Assembly (NCBI GenBank): GCA_949358305.1
Contig: OX442314.1
Coordinates: forward strand, 1,116,001-1,180,000
Source of the DNA: Strigamia acuminata
Taxonomy: Eukaryota
Direction of reading: 5' to 3'
Length of the DNA stretch: 64,000 nucleotides
A program made the position numbers and the translations under genes. The notes beneath the pieces were generated by a model. The model was not told the DNA's origin. It saw only the letters and a program-made list of their open reading frames with translations, and did no database searches. The stretch's first letter is position 1. Each line of letters begins with the position of its first letter. This document shows positions 62,018 through 64,000 of the stretch, piece after piece.

Positions 62018-64000
62018 ATGGCAGATAATACTCGAGTAACAGACTCCGACTCAGACGTTAACAAACGAGCCGGTAGTCGCAAAGGAACCGACTATCATTT
62101 GAGGTCGGGAGGTCCTTTGCCCAAAGCCTCAGCGCACGAGTCTAGGCAAAAACGCCGCAAGGCCAAGCCAGACCGACGAAGCGCTTCGGAGGCATCGCAC
62201 CCGTCTCACGCCGAGACGAGGCAGCGATTAGACGAGACGGAGCGGAGTGAGGATCCGTCCCACCCCAAACCGCCGCGTCCCAGTCGTGACGGTGAGACGA
62301 GCGGAAACGAGGTTTTATCCCGTAACCAATCGCCTCGCCTAACGCACGATACCGAGGTGAGCGATCCGAGAGCGACATCTTCGATACAAAGGACGGCGTC
62401 CGACACGACAGCGAATTCAGCGCTAAACACGCCAATTACGCCCAGTCGACCAGCCTCGGTAATGTCTGAAGGACACAAGTCCAACTCATCCTCTGTCAAG
62501 CGTGTTTCGAGCCAGCCTTACAGCGTCTCGGGCACCTTGATTGATGCGATGCAATTGGCACAGGCGGAAGGAGTGAGATACACCCTTCCGACGGGGAAAA
62601 TTACCGTGTACGAAACGTTACAGATCGTACGTGCAGCTTTAAAAGCGCACAGTGTATCCCCACAAATCACCATTGTTGAAGGTGCACACGCTCAACAATT
62701 GGTTGATTCCGCTCAATTTGAAGCGGATGCAGAGAACGAGGCTCGACAAGCCATTCGCGAGAGACGGAGGAAGCTGGCGGAAAGAGAAGCGCAAGCTCTC
62801 GAGTACGGCAGAACCCAGCCCAATCCGACTACTCCCGAGGAGGTAGAAATAGTTGACCGAGCCCTGAGAGCACATCGATATGCTTTCCACTCGCAACAAG
62901 AAGCAGAGCGAGCATTTATGGCCAGATTGCGACGAGATGACCCGAAATCCGTTCGCAAACTAGAGGTCAGTTCATCCGAGCTGTCAGACGAGAGCCTAGA
63001 GGGAGACCCAAAGCGCACGCCGAAGGCCAAACCCAAACCCCAGCCGGAGAGGGCAACACCAGCTACTCCGCGCAAGAGAGATGCGTCGGCCAGAGAACAA
63101 CAAACTCGGCCCCGCATGCAAGCTCTCGATCCAGCCACAAATAATGCGATAACGCGGTTAATCAACGCTAATAATGCTAGGCGAAATGAAGAGCAAACTC
63201 TCACAAGCCAACAGCAAGATAATCCGCAAGGGACTGAGTGGCAACAACCAGTGCCCATCCTTAAAGACGACGAGTCGTCAAGGAGACAATCGCATGATCG
63301 CACCTCTTCGCGAGAAGAAGGCAAACGCGATGAAAGACCGAAATATTTTTACTACGGAAATAGTGATTCGTCGTCAGATGGACTGGAGTCAAATGCACCC
63401 AGTCATCACGATTCGGAGAGAGGTTCCGGAGAAAGACGAAGGGAAAGAGAACGCGATGAACGCAGGGAAAGGGAACGTGGCGACCGTCGTAGGGGCCGGA
63501 AAGAGTCAAACTCTTCACGGCGCAACCCGCCACGCCGCTCACCGTCTCCCGACCCCAGCTCCGACCCCTCATCCAACGACGACAGACGAAAGGATAAATC
63601 AAGTAATCGCCGGAAGAGATCCAACTCTCCGCGCGATAGAGAGAAACGACGTCGATCGGAAAATAGCGACCACCGACGGGAGGAGTTTCAGGACCTTCCC
63701 CGACAAAGCGCGTTTACCGATTCGACGGGTCGGCAGTATACGATGGGAGAGCTTGGAAGAGCACTACTTGGCTCGTTAAAAGCCGAGGGAATCGATCTGA
63801 GCAAACGAAACGATCGTAATCGTAGCACTGGTGACCGCGTAAAGAAAAAATACGCTGTCTCCCGACGTGACACCATGAGTGTTACCGGGAATATTAGGTG
63901 GCAATTTTATATTCAGAACCGTTTCGACGGGTCATGGAAAGCGGGAGATCGCTTCCTTGACGAAGTAATTCGAATTAAGACTGCCACCAAAGCCACCGTA
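62018..64000 (+). CDS. gag: Gag of element 3 (661 codons, open at the window edge; absent from the ORF track)
   Basis: MADNTRVTDS... with no stop found. Ends NIRWQFYIQNRFDGSWKAGDRFLDEV, homologous to element-1 NIKWPQLRLMKFDGTWRAGNKFLNEV. Confidence 0.85.
   Translation, partial: MADNTRVTDSDSDVNKRAGSRKGTDYHLRSGGPLPKASAHESRQKRRKAKPDRRSASEASHPSHAETRQRLDETERSEDPSHPKPPRPSRDGETSGNEVLSRNQSPRLTHDTEVSDPRATSSIQRTASDTTANSALNTPITPSRPASVMSEGHKSNSSSVKRVSSQPYSVSGTLIDAMQLAQAEGVRYTLPTGKITVYETLQIVRAALKAHSVSPQITIVEGAHAQQLVDSAQFEADAENEARQAIRERRRKLAEREAQALEYGRTQPNPTTPEEVEIVDRALRAHRYAFHSQQEAERAFMARLRRDDPKSVRKLEVSSSELSDESLEGDPKRTPKAKPKPQPERATPATPRKRDASAREQQTRPRMQALDPATNNAITRLINANNARRNEEQTLTSQQQDNPQGTEWQQPVPILKDDESSRRQSHDRTSSREEGKRDERPKYFYYGNSDSSSDGLESNAPSHHDSERGSGERRRERERDERRERERGDRRRGRKESNSSRRNPPRRSPSPDPSSDPSSNDDRRKDKSSNRRKRSNSPRDREKRRRSENSDHRREEFQDLPRQSAFTDSTGRQYTMGELGRALLGSLKAEGIDLSKRNDRNRSTGDRVKKKYAVSRRDTMSVTGNIRWQFYIQNRFDGSWKAGDRFLDEVIRIKTATKATV

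Larger units (their letters stand above)
60932..64000 (+). mobile_element. LTR retrotransposon 3 (5' part)
   Basis: LTR, PBS, then a gag ORF running off the window. Confidence 0.88.

Noticed and set aside
63174..63779. 201-aa plus-strand ORF and nearby minus-strand ORFs
   Set aside because: Alternate-frame shadows of the element-3 gag that starts at 62018.

Overview
Eukaryotic DNA, probably arthropod (short GT-AG introns, a Lar-like relic, an arthropod-type CS-alpha/beta peptide). The ends are Ty3/Gypsy LTR retrotransposons. At 1-16.6 kb a gag-only element sits inside the 3' LTR of a near-complete minus-strand element (gag, -1 frameshift, pol, plus a non-env third ORF), which sits in an intron of a host gene. 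A third element starts at 60.9 kb. The middle (16.6-60.9 kb) is a birth-and-death cluster of two intermixed ubiquitin-system families. One is RNF216/TRIAD3-like RBR E3 ligases (3 apparently intact, about 6 pseudogenes or fragments). The other is LRR proteins with an N-terminal BC-box and a splice-assembled Cul2-box-like motif, i.e. putative CRL2 substrate receptors (1 clearly intact, 2 probably intact, several decayed). Embedded in the cluster are an RBR-derived fold-back locus that could make hairpin siRNAs, a spliced anionic defensin-like peptide gene with an upstream kappaB-like site (missed by the ORF track), a 19-finger C2H2 array fused into an LRR intron, and several MITEs and solo LTRs. 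All calls come from manual reading and recalled family motifs; no database search or folding was run.
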